From assembly GCA_947478395.1 (NCBI GenBank), contig CANJVR010000002.1:800001-864000 (forward strand): 64,000 bases of DNA, read 5' to 3'. Source of the DNA: Opitutia bacterium (GTDB taxonomy: Bacteria > Verrucomicrobiota > Verrucomicrobiia > Opitutales > Opitutaceae). The translations under genes and the position numbers were made by a program. The notes beneath the pieces were generated by a model. The model was not told the origin of the DNA and made no database searches. It was given only the letters and a program-made list of their open reading frames with translations. Below, piece after piece: positions 32,455 to 42,407 of this stretch (position 1 is the stretch's first letter; every line of letters starts with the position of its first letter).

Positions 32455-35400
32455 AGTTCATCGAAACATTCATCGCGCGGCCCGTGGCCACGACGCTGCT
32501 GACAATCGGCATCGCCCTGGCCGGAGCGATCGCCTTTCGGCTGCTGCCCGTGTCCCCGCTGCCGCAGGTCGATTACCCCACGATCTCGGTCTCGGCCAGC
32601 GTCGCCGGGGCCAGCCCGGAAGTCATGGCGGCAACGGTCGCGACACCGCTGGAACGGGCCCTCGGCCGTATTGCCGGCGTGACGGAGATGACGTCCAACA
32701 GCTCGCAAGGCTCGAGCCGCGTCACGCTGCAGTTCGAATTATCCCGCGACATCAACGGCGCCGCGCGCGATGTGCAGGCGGCCATTAACGCCGCGCGCAG
32801 CCTCCTCCCGACGAGCCTCAACAACAATCCCACCTACCGGAAAATCAATCCGTCGGAGTTTCCCATTCTCATACTCTCGCTCACCTCGGACCGACTTTCG
32901 CGCGGTGAGATGTACGATGCGGCCTCCACGATTCTCGCGCAAAAAATCGCGCAAATCGACGGCGTCGGCGATGTGACCGTGGGCGGCGGCGCCTTGCCCG
33001 CGGTCCGCGTCGAACTCAATCCCACGCAGCTCAACAATTATGGCATCTCCGCCGCGACGGTGCGCGCGGCCATTTCGTCGACCAACGCCAACCAAGCGAA
33101 AGGCTTCGTCGAACAAGGGGACCGGCGCTGGCAGGTGGGCGCGAACGATCAGGCGCTGCACTCGAGCGATTATACGCCACTGATCATCAGCTATCGCAAC
33201 GGTGCGCCGGTGCGCCTCGGCGACGTCGCCGAAGTGAGCGATTCCGTCGAGAACCTCCGCACCTCGGCGGTCGCAAATGGCCTGCCCGCCGTGCTCGTGC
33301 AGATCACCCGCCAGCCCGATGCGAACATCATCGAAACGGTGGATCGCATAAAAGCCCTGCTGCCGGCTCTACAAGCCTCCATCCCGGCCGCGATCAACCT
33401 CGATGTGGCCATCGACCGCTCCGTGACTATCCGCTCCTCGCTGCACGACGTCGAAGTCAGCCTGGTTATCTCGGTCACGCTCGTCACGCTCGTGGTGTTT
33501 CTCTTCTTGCGCGACGTGCGCGCCACTCTGATTCCGAGCATCGCGGTCCCCGTTTCGCTGATCGGCACGTTCGCCGTCATGTACCTGGCGGGATTCAGCC
33601 TGAACAATCTTTCGCTGATGGCGCTGACGATCGCGACCGGCTTCGTGGTCGACGATGCGATCGTGGTTTTGGAAAACGTATCACGTCACATGGAAGCCGG
33701 CATGTCGCGTTTCGAGGCGGCGATCACCGGGGCGAAGGAGGTCGGGTTTACGGTGATTTCGATGAGCCTTTCGCTGATCGCGGTGTTCATTCCGATTTTG
33801 CTGATGAATGGGATCGTCGGCCGGCTGTTTCGCGAGTTCGCGATCACGCTCTCCGTCGCGATTCTCGTCTCCCTCGTCATTTCGCTTACGACCACCCCGA
33901 TGATGTGCGCGCGCATCCTGCGCGTGCGCCAACGCCACCCCGGCAGCAAGCCGGGCGAATTGCTATCGGAGCGCCGCGGTTTGCTCGCGTTTCTGCTCCG
34001 CGGCTATGAACGCACCCTGCGCTGGGCGCTGGCGCACAGCTTCTTGATGGTCCTCCTCCTCGCGGCAACCGTGGGACTTAACGTCTACCTTTACGTTATC
34101 ATTCCCAAAAGTTTTTTCCCGCAACAGGACACCGGCATGCTGATGGGTTTCGTGCAGGCGGACCAAAGCATTTCCTTCCAAGCCTTGAAACCGAAGTTGG
34201 AGGCGTTTGCCGAGATCGTGCGCAAGGATCCCGCGGTGGCCACGGTCAGCGCCTCGGTCGGCGGCGGTGGCCCCGGCGGTGGTGGCGCAAACGGATCGAT
34301 GTTCGTCTCACTGAAGCCGCTGTCGGAGCGCAAAGTTTCGGCCGATGTGGTAATCGCCCGCCTCCGCACGCAGACGCCCCGGATCACGGGCGCGCAACTT
34401 TTTCTCTCCGCGGTGCAGGACATCCGGGCCGGTGGCCGGCAGGGCGGTTCGACTTATCAATACACGCTCCAAGCCGACGACCTAGAAGAACTCCGCTCGT
34501 GGGAGCCGCGCATCCGCGCCGCGTTCGTTGGGCTGCCGGAAGTCACGGATGTTAACACCGATGCCCAGACCAAAGGCTTGGAAAGCCAGCTCACGTTTGA
34601 TCGCGACATGATGTCGAAGCTCGGCCTGAGCATGTCGCAAGTGAACGCCACCCTCTACGATGCCTTTGGCCAGCGACAGGTGTCGACGCTCTACAAATCC
34701 CTGAATCAATATCACGTGGTCATGGAGGTAGCCCCGCAGTTCTCGCAGGGCCCGGAATCCCTGAAAAACATCTACGTTGTCACACCCGCCGGAGCCAAAG
34801 TCCCGCTTTCGGCTTTTTCGCGTTTTGCATCCGGCAACACGGCGCTTTCCGTCAGCCACCAGGGCCAGTTCATCGCGTCGACCATTTCGTTTAACCTCGC
34901 CCCGGGTGTTTCGATTTCGCAGGCGACCGATGCGATCAATTTCACAATGGCCAACCTCGGCGTGCCGACCTCGGTGCACGGGAGCTTCCAAGGCAGCGCG
35001 CGCCTCTTTCAACAGGCGCTCGACAACCAGCCGCTCCTGATCCTCGGGGCGCTGGTGGCCGTCTATATTGTGCTCGGGATTCTCTACGAGAGCTACATCC
35101 ACCCCATCACGATTCTCTCCACGCTGCCGTCGGCCGGCGTGGGCGCGCTGCTGGCGCTCCTCGTTTGCGGCGCGGAATTCAGCGTGATCGCGCTCATCGG
35201 TGTGCTGCTCCTTGTCGGCATCGTGAAAAAGAACGCGATCATGATGATCGACTTTGCCCTAACGGCCGAGCGCACGCAGCACATCGGGGCGCGCGAAGCC
35301 ATTTTTCAGGCCTGCATGATGCGTTTCCGCCCGATCATGATGACGACCATCGCCGCGATGCTAGGCGCGCTCCCGCTTGCGATCGGCATGGGCGAAGGCT

Positions 35401-35591
35401 CCGAGATGCGCCAACCGCTCGGCATCGCAATCGTGGGCGGCCTGCTCTTTAGCCAGGTACTCACGCTCTACACCACCCCAGTGGTCTATGTTTACTTCGA
35501 TCGCCTGAGGCTCTGGCTGGAGCGCCGCCGCGCGAAACGCGCCCACGAACGTCCCGCCCTCCGCGCCATCCCCGCGCAACATTTGACATGA
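32451..35591 (+). CDS. mdtC: RND efflux permease, MdtC/MuxC-like
   Basis: [45 protein letters not shown] start overlaps the mdtB stop. Confidence 0.92.
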   Translation: MKFIETFIARPVATTLLTIGIALAGAIAFRLLPVSPLPQVDYPTISVSASVAGASPEVMAATVATPLERALGRIAGVTEMTSNSSQGSSRVTLQFELSRDINGAARDVQAAINAARSLLPTSLNNNPTYRKINPSEFPILILSLTSDRLSRGEMYDAASTILAQKIAQIDGVGDVTVGGGALPAVRVELNPTQLNNYGISAATVRAAISSTNANQAKGFVEQGDRRWQVGANDQALHSSDYTPLIISYRNGAPVRLGDVAEVSDSVENLRTSAVANGLPAVLVQITRQPDANIIETVDRIKALLPALQASIPAAINLDVAIDRSVTIRSSLHDVEVSLVISVTLVTLVVFLFLRDVRATLIPSIAVPVSLIGTFAVMYLAGFSLNNLSLMALTIATGFVVDDAIVVLENVSRHMEAGMSRFEAAITGAKEVGFTVISMSLSLIAVFIPILLMNGIVGRLFREFAITLSVAILVSLVISLTTTPMMCARILRVRQRHPGSKPGELLSERRGLLAFLLRGYERTLRWALAHSFLMVLLLAATVGLNVYLYVIIPKSFFPQQDTGMLMGFVQADQSISFQALKPKLEAFAEIVRKDPAVATVSASVGGGGPGGGGANGSMFVSLKPLSERKVSADVVIARLRTQTPRITGAQLFLSAVQDIRAGGRQGGSTYQYTLQADDLEELRSWEPRIRAAFVGLPEVTDVNTDAQTKGLESQLTFDRDMMSKLGLSMSQVNATLYDAFGQRQVSTLYKSLNQYHVVMEVAPQFSQGPESLKNIYVVTPAGAKVPLSAFSRFASGNTALSVSHQGQFIASTISFNLAPGVSISQATDAINFTMANLGVPTSVHGSFQGSARLFQQALDNQPLLILGALVAVYIVLGILYESYIHPITILSTLPSAGVGALLALLVCGAEFSVIALIGVLLLVGIVKKNAIMMIDFALTAERTQHIGAREAIFQACMMRFRPIMMTTIAAMLGALPLAIGMGEGSEMRQPLGIAIVGGLLFSQVLTLYTTPVVYVYFDRLRLWLERRRAKRAHERPALRAIPAQHLT

Positions 35592-37003
35592 TGAATTTGA
35601 AATCAGTTCGAAAACGCTTCACCGCCTCCGCCCTGCTGGCGGCGGTGGGCGGCGCCCTCGCATCCTGTACCGTCGGCCCCAATTATCAGCGCCCCGACTT
35701 GAAGGTGCCGGCAGCGTACCAGCGTTCCGCGGCGCCGGAAGCCACGCCGTCGGCTGAAATCGGCAATCGTTGGTGGACGCTCTTCGGCGATCCCGTCCTC
35801 ACTAAAGTCGCGGACGATACCGTCGCGGCCAATCTCGATATCCGCGCCGCCATGGCACGCGTAGATCAGGCTCGTGAGAGCCGCCGAGCTGCGCTCGGAA
35901 ATTTCGCGCCGGACCTCAACCTCGGCGCCTCGAGCCGTCGCTCGGGCAACGCGAACGGAGTATCGAATCAGTTTTCGCTGCCGCTTACGCTGAACTACGA
36001 AATCGACGTCTGGGGTCGGCTGCGCCGTCAGTATGAAGTTTATAAAAACTCCGAGGCCGCCTCCGTCGCCGATCTGGAGTTCGTCCGTCAGAGCGCGGTG
36101 GCCGAAGTGGTGCAGGCGTACTTCACGATTCGCCTCTCCGACCGGCAGGTCGCGCTGCTGGAGGAAGCGTTGCAACTTTATCGCAAGCAACTCGAGCTCA
36201 CGGACACGAAGTACAAGGCCGGTCTCGCCCTGCCAACCGATCTCTTGCAGGCCAAGACGCAGGTTAATTCGGCGACGAACCAACTGATTGATGTCCGCCG
36301 CTCCCGTGCCAAACAAGAGCACGCCATCGCTCTTTTGTTGGGACGCGCGCCCTCCGATTATTCGTTCACCCGGGCCAACCCTGCCCTCGTGCTGCCCGCG
36401 GTTCCAGCGGGCCTACCGGTCAATTTGCTCGCGCGCCGTCCCGACGTCGCCGAATCCGAGTACCGGCTAGCCGCCGCCAACGCCCAGATCGGCCTCGCCA
36501 AGGCAAATTTCTTTCCGAGCTTCACGCTGAGCAGCAGCGCAGGCTTTCAAAGCGCCAACCTGAGCAATCTGCTCGATTGGGAAAAACGCGTATGGTCCTT
36601 CGGCCCTTCGCTGAGCCTGCCGATCTTCCAAGGTGGCCGCCTGACGGCCGCGCTCGCCCAAGCCAAGGCCCGCTATGAGGAAGTCATGGCAAATTACCGG
36701 ACCTCGGTCCTCGCGGCCTTACGCGACGTCGAGGACCAGCTGTCCGAACTTCAGCTGCTCGCCGAAAAGGCCAAGTCGCTCGAGGAAACCCTCGTTTCCG
36801 CCCGCGAATATTCGCGCCTCACCGAGCTGCAGTACAAGCAGGGCCTGACAACCTATCTCCAGGTGATCGATGCCAACCAGACGCTGCTGAACAACGAGCT
36901 CTCGGCGGCTCAGGCGGAAAGCCAACGGCTCACGGCCACGGTTTTGTTGATCAAGGCCCTCGGCGGCGGCTGGCAGAACCCCGCAGCGCCGGTATCGAAG
37001 TAG
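35588..37003 (+). CDS. outer-membrane efflux lipoprotein (NodT/OpmB-like OMF)
   Basis: Lipobox [42 protein letters not shown]. Confidence 0.93.
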   Translation: MMNLKSVRKRFTASALLAAVGGALASCTVGPNYQRPDLKVPAAYQRSAAPEATPSAEIGNRWWTLFGDPVLTKVADDTVAANLDIRAAMARVDQARESRRAALGNFAPDLNLGASSRRSGNANGVSNQFSLPLTLNYEIDVWGRLRRQYEVYKNSEAASVADLEFVRQSAVAEVVQAYFTIRLSDRQVALLEEALQLYRKQLELTDTKYKAGLALPTDLLQAKTQVNSATNQLIDVRRSRAKQEHAIALLLGRAPSDYSFTRANPALVLPAVPAGLPVNLLARRPDVAESEYRLAAANAQIGLAKANFFPSFTLSSSAGFQSANLSNLLDWEKRVWSFGPSLSLPIFQGGRLTAALAQAKARYEEVMANYRTSVLAALRDVEDQLSELQLLAEKAKSLEETLVSAREYSRLTELQYKQGLTTYLQVIDANQTLLNNELSAAQAESQRLTATVLLIKALGGGWQNPAAPVSK

Positions 37004-37078
37004 CGGGTGGATCGAAGCCCGAGCCCCCGTAATTATCCCGTCTAGGACGGGCAGACCGCGGGCTTAAGCCTCGCGCTC
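37000..37078. repeat. degenerate GTAG-type REP doublet
   Basis: Right arm CGCGGGCTTAAGCCTCGCGCTC (37057-37078) is 20/22 identical, as reverse complement, to the REP at 19697-19718. The left arm GTAG overlaps the OMF TAG stop. Confidence 0.65.
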
Positions 37079-37107
37079 GTAGCCGAAACCGGAGCCGCGC
37101 TAAAAAA

Positions 37108-37193
37108 TGGTGGTAGGATCTGGATTCGAACCAGAGAAGGCGTAAGCCAGGAGATTTACAGTCTCCCCTCGTTGGCCACTTGAGTATCCTACC
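37108..37193 (-). tRNA. tRNA-Tyr(GTA)
   Basis: Minus strand GGTAGGATACTCAAGTGGCCAACGAGGGGAGACTGTAAATCTCCTGGCTTACGCCTTCTCTGGTTCGAATCCAGATCCTACCACCA with anticodon GTA, long variable arm and CCA end. Confidence 0.97.
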
Positions 37194-37407
37194 GAAAAGG
37201 GAATGGGCAAATTCTCGGCTCACTCCCCGGAGTTCAAGGTTTTTTTCAGCCCATCCGCAGATGAGTTAGGTTTTCGAGGCCAAGGTGGCCTCGCCCCGCA
37301 TCGGCCCTCAGCCGCGTGGCCGCAAAGCGAACCCGCTCCCAACGCCTAAGGACCGCCTCACGCCATCCCGTCTCCAGCGGCCTTCCCGGATCAACTCCGC
37401 CCGTGCT

Positions 37408-38973
37408 CTATTTTCCCTTGGCCAGCTTAAACTCCACGGCGTCGCGCAACGCTTCCCAGCTCGCATCGATGATATTGTCGCTCACACCAACCGTGCCCCA
37501 GACCGAATGCCCGTCGCCACTTTCGATCAACACGCGCGTGCGCGAATTGGTGCCGGCCCCGCTTTCAAGGATGCGCACCTTGTAATCCCGCAGCACGAGT
37601 TCGCGCAGCTTGGGATAAGTCTTCTCAAGGGCCAGCCGCAGCGCTTTGTCGAGCGCGCCGATCGGCCCCGTGCATTCGGCCACGGTGTGGACGGACTCAC
37701 CGTTCACTTTTAATTTCACCGTCGCTTCGGATGACAACTCGGTGCCGCGGCGTTCAATCGTGCATCGATAACTTTCCACCTCGAAAAAACTCTTTCGTTC
37801 GCCCAGCGCCGAGGAAACGAGCAACTTAAAAGACGCATCGGCCGCCTCGTATTCGTACCCGCGAAACTCCCGTTCCTTCAGCTGCTCGATCAACGTTTTC
37901 ATCTCCGGCCGTTTTTCGTCGAGTTCGAGCCCGAACTCCTTCGCCTTCAGCGTAAGGCTGCTGCGGCCGGCCATGTCGGACACGAGCACGCGCGTGCGAT
38001 TGCCGACGAGCGCCGGATCGATGTGTTCGTAACTACGCGCGACTTTTTGCGCGGCGTTGGCGTGCAGTCCGCCCTTGTGCGCGAACGCCGAGTGGCCGAC
38101 AAACGGCGCCTTGGGATCGGGCCTTAGGTTCGCCAGCTCGTCAAAGAACAGCGAGAGATCGCGCAGCTGGTTCAGCTGCGGCGCGCAATGCGCGGTGCGA
38201 CCCATTTTTAGAAACAAATTAGCCAGCACGGTCGTGAGGTTCGCGTTGCCCACGCGTTCGCCGTAGCCGTTGGCCGTACCCTGAACGAGCGTGGCTCCAG
38301 CGGTGACCCCGGCCAGCGTGAGGGCCACGCCCAGCCCGCTGTCGTTGTGGCAATGGACGCCGATTTTCTCCGCGCCAAACTCCTTTACCGCGCGAGCGAC
38401 GATGTCCTTGAATTCGTCCACGAGCGTCCCGCCGTTGGTGTCGCACAGCGTGAGGTTGCTCGCTCCGCCTTTTAGCGCGGCGTGCAGCGTGCGCAGCGCG
38501 TAATCGGGATCGGCTTTGTAACCGTCGAAAAAATGCTCGGCGTCGTGGATCACTTCGCGTCCCTCCGCCACGAGGTAGCGGGCCGAGTCCTCGATCATCG
38601 CGAGATTCTCCTCGAGCGTAGTGCGCAGAATTTCGGTCACATGAAGCGTCCACGTTTTGCCCACAATGGTCGTCACGGGCATCCCGCTATCAAGGAGCGT
38701 GCGCAGTTGCGCGTCTTCGCTCGCCTTGACTCCAGCGCGGCGCGTTGAACCGAACGCCGCCAGCTTGGCGTGTTTCAATTTAAGCTGCTTCGCCTCGGCG
38801 AAGAACGTGATGTCGCGGGGGTTGGAGCCCGGAAACCCGCCCTCGATGTAATCAACGCCGAACTGGTCGAGCCGCTCGGCGATGCGCAATTTGTCCGCGA
38901 CGGAAAAGCTGATTCCCTCGCCCTGCGTGCCATCGCGCAAGGTGGTGTCGTAGATCTTAAGAGCGGTGCTCAT
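37408..38973 (-). CDS. cimA: (R)-citramalate synthase
   Basis: YDTTLRDGTQGEG, EGGFPGSNP, DAEHFFDG, HCHNDSG, AFAHKGGLH, WGTVGVSDNIIDASW of the bacterial CimA clade. Confidence 0.92.
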   Translation of the reverse strand: MSTALKIYDTTLRDGTQGEGISFSVADKLRIAERLDQFGVDYIEGGFPGSNPRDITFFAEAKQLKLKHAKLAAFGSTRRAGVKASEDAQLRTLLDSGMPVTTIVGKTWTLHVTEILRTTLEENLAMIEDSARYLVAEGREVIHDAEHFFDGYKADPDYALRTLHAALKGGASNLTLCDTNGGTLVDEFKDIVARAVKEFGAEKIGVHCHNDSGLGVALTLAGVTAGATLVQGTANGYGERVGNANLTTVLANLFLKMGRTAHCAPQLNQLRDLSLFFDELANLRPDPKAPFVGHSAFAHKGGLHANAAQKVARSYEHIDPALVGNRTRVLVSDMAGRSSLTLKAKEFGLELDEKRPEMKTLIEQLKEREFRGYEYEAADASFKLLVSSALGERKSFFEVESYRCTIERRGTELSSEATVKLKVNGESVHTVAECTGPIGALDKALRLALEKTYPKLRELVLRDYKVRILESGAGTNSRTRVLIESGDGHSVWGTVGVSDNIIDASWEALRDAVEFKLAKGK

Positions 38974-39179
38974 GGATGGAAGCGGCCGAGATTTGCGACG
39001 TACGCACGGGCTGGCAAGGGGGCTTTTTCAAGGGCTGCGCGCGCGTCAGGATCGTGGCGCTCCCAATCAACTTACCGCAAGGAGCCGCAAAAACAGTTCG
39101 GGCCGCGCGCGCTATCTGCGCACCATCGAAAGTAGCGGACGATGTCCCGCACCGTTCCGATTCACCGCCAAAAGCCGGA

Positions 39180-40541
39180 CTATCTCACCGCCCGCGCATC
39201 AATAAATGCCCGGATCGCCGCCGGCGTCGCGGCGATGCGATGCTTCACGACCGGTCGTTTCTTCAACGCCTCCAGACTCGGGTCCGTCGGCTCGATGCCA
39301 ATGGCGGACTTGATCGTGTCGGGAAATTTCGCCGGGCTCGCCGTCGCCAGCACGATACTCACGCGTTCCGGATTGATTTGGGCAAAGCCGCACGCGGTGT
39401 GCGGATCGGCGATATAACCGTAATCGCGGTAAACGCGCTGGATGATTCCGGGGATGTCCGCATCCGTACAACGCGACGCGCTGAAAACCCCACGATCGAA
39501 ATTTTCAAAACGATAGGCGCCGGTCTTTTTAAACGTCGCCATCACCTCGCGCACGCGCGCCGGGTCGCGGCCGACCTGAAAATAAATGAAACGCTCGAAA
39601 TTCGACGCGACTTGAATGTCCATCGACGGCGCCAGACTCGGGAGCACGTCGCCGATGCGATACTCGCCGGTCGTGAACATCCGGTAGAGAATGTCGTTCT
39701 GGTTGGTTGCGACGCGAAAGCCGCGGATCGGCACGCCCATTTGCTGGAGCAGCCAGCCCGCGAGCACGTTCCCGAAATTGCCCGTCGGCACGACAAACTC
39801 CACGTCGCGCCGCTCAATCACCGGCACGCGCAGCCAAGCGTAAAGATAGTAAACGCACTGCGCCAACACGCGCGCGAGGTTGATGGAGTTGACCGCCGAT
39901 AGTCGGTGCCGCAGTCGAAATTCCTGATCGCCGAAAATTTCTTTCAGCGCGGTCTGCGCGTCGTCGAAGGTACCGTCGACCGCGAGCGCAAAGACGTTAT
40001 CTGCGCCGGTGCACGTCATCTGCCGTTCCTGCAGCGGCGAAACGCGACCGTCGGGATAAAGAATAAAGATCGCGGTGCCGGGTTTGCCGAGCAGTCCGTG
40101 AATCGCGGCCGCGCCCGTGTCGCCAGAGGTGGCGCCGAGGACGTTGATCGTCTCGCGACGCATGGCGCATTGATAGTCGTAAAGGTTGCCGAGCAGCTGG
40201 AGGGCGAAGTCTTTGAACGCGAGCGTGGGTCCGTGAAAGAGTTCGAGGACGTAGAGATTCTGCGCGAGCGGTTTCAGCGGGGCGATCGCCGGATCGCGGA
40301 ACGCGGTGTAGGATTTCGCGATAATCGCGCGGAGGGTTTCCGGCGGGATGTCGGTCGCGAAGACGCGGAGAAACTCGAAGCACAGCTCGGCGTACCCGAG
40401 TTTTTCAAAGCGCGCGAGTTGACTGCTAAAATCGGGCAGCGTCTCCGGCAGAAACAATCCGCCGTCCGGCGCCAGGCCAGTGGCCACGGCATCGGAGAAG
40501 CCAAGCGGCGGAGTTTGGCCGCGGGTGGAAAGGAAGCGCAT
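39180..40541 (-). CDS. thrC: threonine synthase
   Basis: STRG, GLAPDGGLF, ELFHGPTLAFKD (PLP lysine), ATSGDTG, VPTGNFGN. Confidence 0.96.
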   Translation of the reverse strand: MRFLSTRGQTPPLGFSDAVATGLAPDGGLFLPETLPDFSSQLARFEKLGYAELCFEFLRVFATDIPPETLRAIIAKSYTAFRDPAIAPLKPLAQNLYVLELFHGPTLAFKDFALQLLGNLYDYQCAMRRETINVLGATSGDTGAAAIHGLLGKPGTAIFILYPDGRVSPLQERQMTCTGADNVFALAVDGTFDDAQTALKEIFGDQEFRLRHRLSAVNSINLARVLAQCVYYLYAWLRVPVIERRDVEFVVPTGNFGNVLAGWLLQQMGVPIRGFRVATNQNDILYRMFTTGEYRIGDVLPSLAPSMDIQVASNFERFIYFQVGRDPARVREVMATFKKTGAYRFENFDRGVFSASRCTDADIPGIIQRVYRDYGYIADPHTACGFAQINPERVSIVLATASPAKFPDTIKSAIGIEPTDPSLEALKKRPVVKHRIAATPAAIRAFIDARAVR

Positions 40542-40551
40542 GTGGGAAAGA

Positions 40552-40590
40552 AGAGAAGCCGGAGGCCAGATGACAGCGGCCAGAATCAGA
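40552..40590. repeat. heptamer array, left arm of the inverted pair flanking the four-helix-bundle gene
   Basis: AG AGAAGCC GGAGGCC AGATGAC AGCGGCC AGAATCA GA. Confidence 0.85.
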
Positions 40591-41086
40591 TTGGACGGCG
40601 CGCGTCTCGCAGGAGAAATGGCGTCGGGTTTTGCATAATACTGCCGAGCATCCGGCCGATTTCCCTCATCTGTTCGTGAAGGGAATCGAAGTCAGCCGTC
40701 GACAAATAGCCGTGGTGGCTGGCGAACATGAGCCAATTTTCCGATTCCAAGAGTTCAGTGTCGCTGTCCGAAAGTTTGCTGACGAAGTGAGCTTCGTATC
40801 GGCGTTTTCCCCAAGCTTCACATATGTTGGCGCTCACCGATCGCGACGAACGCCTAACCTGATCGATGAGCGCGAATTTTTCCTCACGCGGCCAGCTTCG
40901 CGAAAATTCAAAGACACGCAGACCGAGATCAAAAGCTTTCTGCCAGACGATCAGATCCGTGAAATGCCGAATCGGGCCAGCCCCACGTCCACCACTTGGA
41001 CCCTCGACCACGATCGCGGGTCGCCGACCAGTGGTATCCGGCCTTTGGCTTCCGGCCGCTGACATCTGGCTTCTGGCCTCTGGCAT
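40586..41086 (-). CDS. four-helix-bundle protein (23S rRNA IVP/Avd-like family); start uncertain (41086, 41065 or 41011)
   Basis: FTDLIVWQKA, WPREEKFALIDQVRRSSRSVSANICEAWGKRRYEAHFVSKLSDSDTELLESENWL family motifs. Confidence 0.88.
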   Translation of the reverse strand: MPEARSQMSAAGSQRPDTTGRRPAIVVEGPSGGRGAGPIRHFTDLIVWQKAFDLGLRVFEFSRSWPREEKFALIDQVRRSSRSVSANICEAWGKRRYEAHFVSKLSDSDTELLESENWLMFASHHGYLSTADFDSLHEQMREIGRMLGSIMQNPTPFLLRDARRPI

Positions 41087-41097
41087 CTGGCTTCTCT
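41033..41097. repeat. heptamer array (9 units), right arm, inverted relative to 40552-40590
   Basis: GGTATCC GGCCTTT GGCTTCC GGCCGCT GACATCT GGCTTCT GGCCTCT GGCATCT GGCTTCT CT. Confidence 0.9.
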
Positions 41098-41101
41098 CCC
41101 C

Positions 41102-42316
41102 TCAAAGCTGATCCAGGTGAAACGCCTTGTGCGCGACGCGCGCGGCTTCGTCGGCTTTATCCTTGGCGATCACAACGGAGATTTTGATTTCCGAGGTGCT
41201 GATCAGTTCGAGGTTGATGTCGGCGCCCGCGAGCGCGGTGAAGAGCGTTGAAGCGACCCCGCTGTGCGTGCGCATGCCTACGCCGACGACGGAGAGCTTG
41301 GCGATCTTGTCGTCGAGCGTGATGCTGCCGCCGATTTCCTTGAGGACCGGCGCCAGCGCTTTCTCGGCTTTGAGCGTTTCCGTCTGCGGCACGGTGAAGG
41401 TCAGCGTGGCGACGCCGCCCTGACCGGCGTTCTGGACGATCATGTCGACATTGATGTTCGCATCCGCGAGAGCACGAAACACCTTGGCGGCGGTGCCGGG
41501 GCGATCGGCGATATTGCTGACGACGACCTTGGCTTGGTCCTTGTCGACGGCGACGCCACGGACGACGACTTTTTCCATATAGGCGACTTCTTGTTTCACA
41601 ATGGTTCCTGGGTTGTTGTTGAAAGAGGAGCGGACTTCGAAAATCACGTTGTACTTGGAGGCAAACTCGACCGAGCGGGTCTGCATGACTTTCGAGCCGA
41701 GAGACGCGAGTTCGAGCATCTCGTCGTAGCTGATTTCCTGGAGTTTCCGGGCGTCTTTAACGACCCGGGGATCGGCGGTGTAAACGCCATCAACATCGGT
41801 GTAGATCTCGCACTTGTCGGCCTTCACCGCCGCAGCCAGGGCAATGGCCGTAAGATCCGACCCGCCACGGCCGAGCGTGGTAATGTGGCCCTCCTCGTTA
41901 ATCCCTTGAAATCCCGCGACGATGATGACCTTACCGGCGCTGAGGTCGGCCTCGATGGGACGGGCGTCGATCGTTTTGATCTTCGCCTTGGTGTGGACCT
42001 TGTCCGTGAAGATGCCGGCCTGCGCTCCAGTGTAGCTCACGGCGCCGACGCCGATGGCCTCAAGCGCCATGGCGGTGAGGGCAATCGTCTCTTGTTCGCC
42101 GATCGAGAGCAGCTGATCCATCTCGCGCTCGGGCGGATTCGGATGAATCGCTTTGGCGCGAGCGATGAGCTCGTTGGTCACGCCCGAACGGGCAGAGACG
42201 ACGACGACGAGTTCGTTGCCTTCGTCGCGAATCGCCTTGATGCGGTTCGCGACATTTTTGATACGCTCGACGTCACCGACCGAGGTGCCGCCATATTTTT
42301 GAACAATGCGAGCCAT
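41102..42316 (-). CDS. lysC: aspartate kinase (monofunctional, two ACT domains)
   Basis: VQKYGGTSV, TLGRGGSD, YTDVDGVYTADPR, ISTSEIKIS. Confidence 0.96.
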   Translation of the reverse strand: MARIVQKYGGTSVGDVERIKNVANRIKAIRDEGNELVVVVSARSGVTNELIARAKAIHPNPPEREMDQLLSIGEQETIALTAMALEAIGVGAVSYTGAQAGIFTDKVHTKAKIKTIDARPIEADLSAGKVIIVAGFQGINEEGHITTLGRGGSDLTAIALAAAVKADKCEIYTDVDGVYTADPRVVKDARKLQEISYDEMLELASLGSKVMQTRSVEFASKYNVIFEVRSSFNNNPGTIVKQEVAYMEKVVVRGVAVDKDQAKVVVSNIADRPGTAAKVFRALADANINVDMIVQNAGQGGVATLTFTVPQTETLKAEKALAPVLKEIGGSITLDDKIAKLSVVGVGMRTHSGVASTLFTALAGADINLELISTSEIKISVVIAKDKADEAARVAHKAFHLDQL

Positions 42317-42333
42317 GGATTGAAGCGGAAGAA

Positions 42334-42402
42334 AAACGGGTTTTGAGTTTAGCGTTTTGGGTTTTGAGTTCTCCAGATCAGAAGAAGTTTCAAACCCCGT
42401 TT
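42334..42402. repeat. heptamer array (GGGTTTT/GAGTTYW) with inverted closing arm, between hom and lysC
   Basis: GGGTTTT GAGTTTA GCGTTTT GGGTTTT GAGTTCT; AAACGGGTTTTGA pairs 12/13 with TCAAACCCCGTTT. Confidence 0.85.
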
Positions 42403-42407
42403 GTCAT

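Noticed and set aside
28055..37107. Genomic island integrated at tRNA-Tyr (or at tRNA-Cys)
   Set aside because: No integrase and no duplicated tRNA 3' end was found in the flanks examined; radC is the full-length chromosomal type.
40586..41086. Diversity-generating retroelement suggested by the Avd-like fold
   Set aside because: No reverse transcriptase and no TR/VR pair with adenine-specific mismatches was seen in the window.
42317..42407. Lysine riboswitch or threonine attenuator upstream of lysC
   Set aside because: The spacer is too short for a lysine riboswitch, has no Thr/Ile leader peptide, and is explained by the heptamer array.
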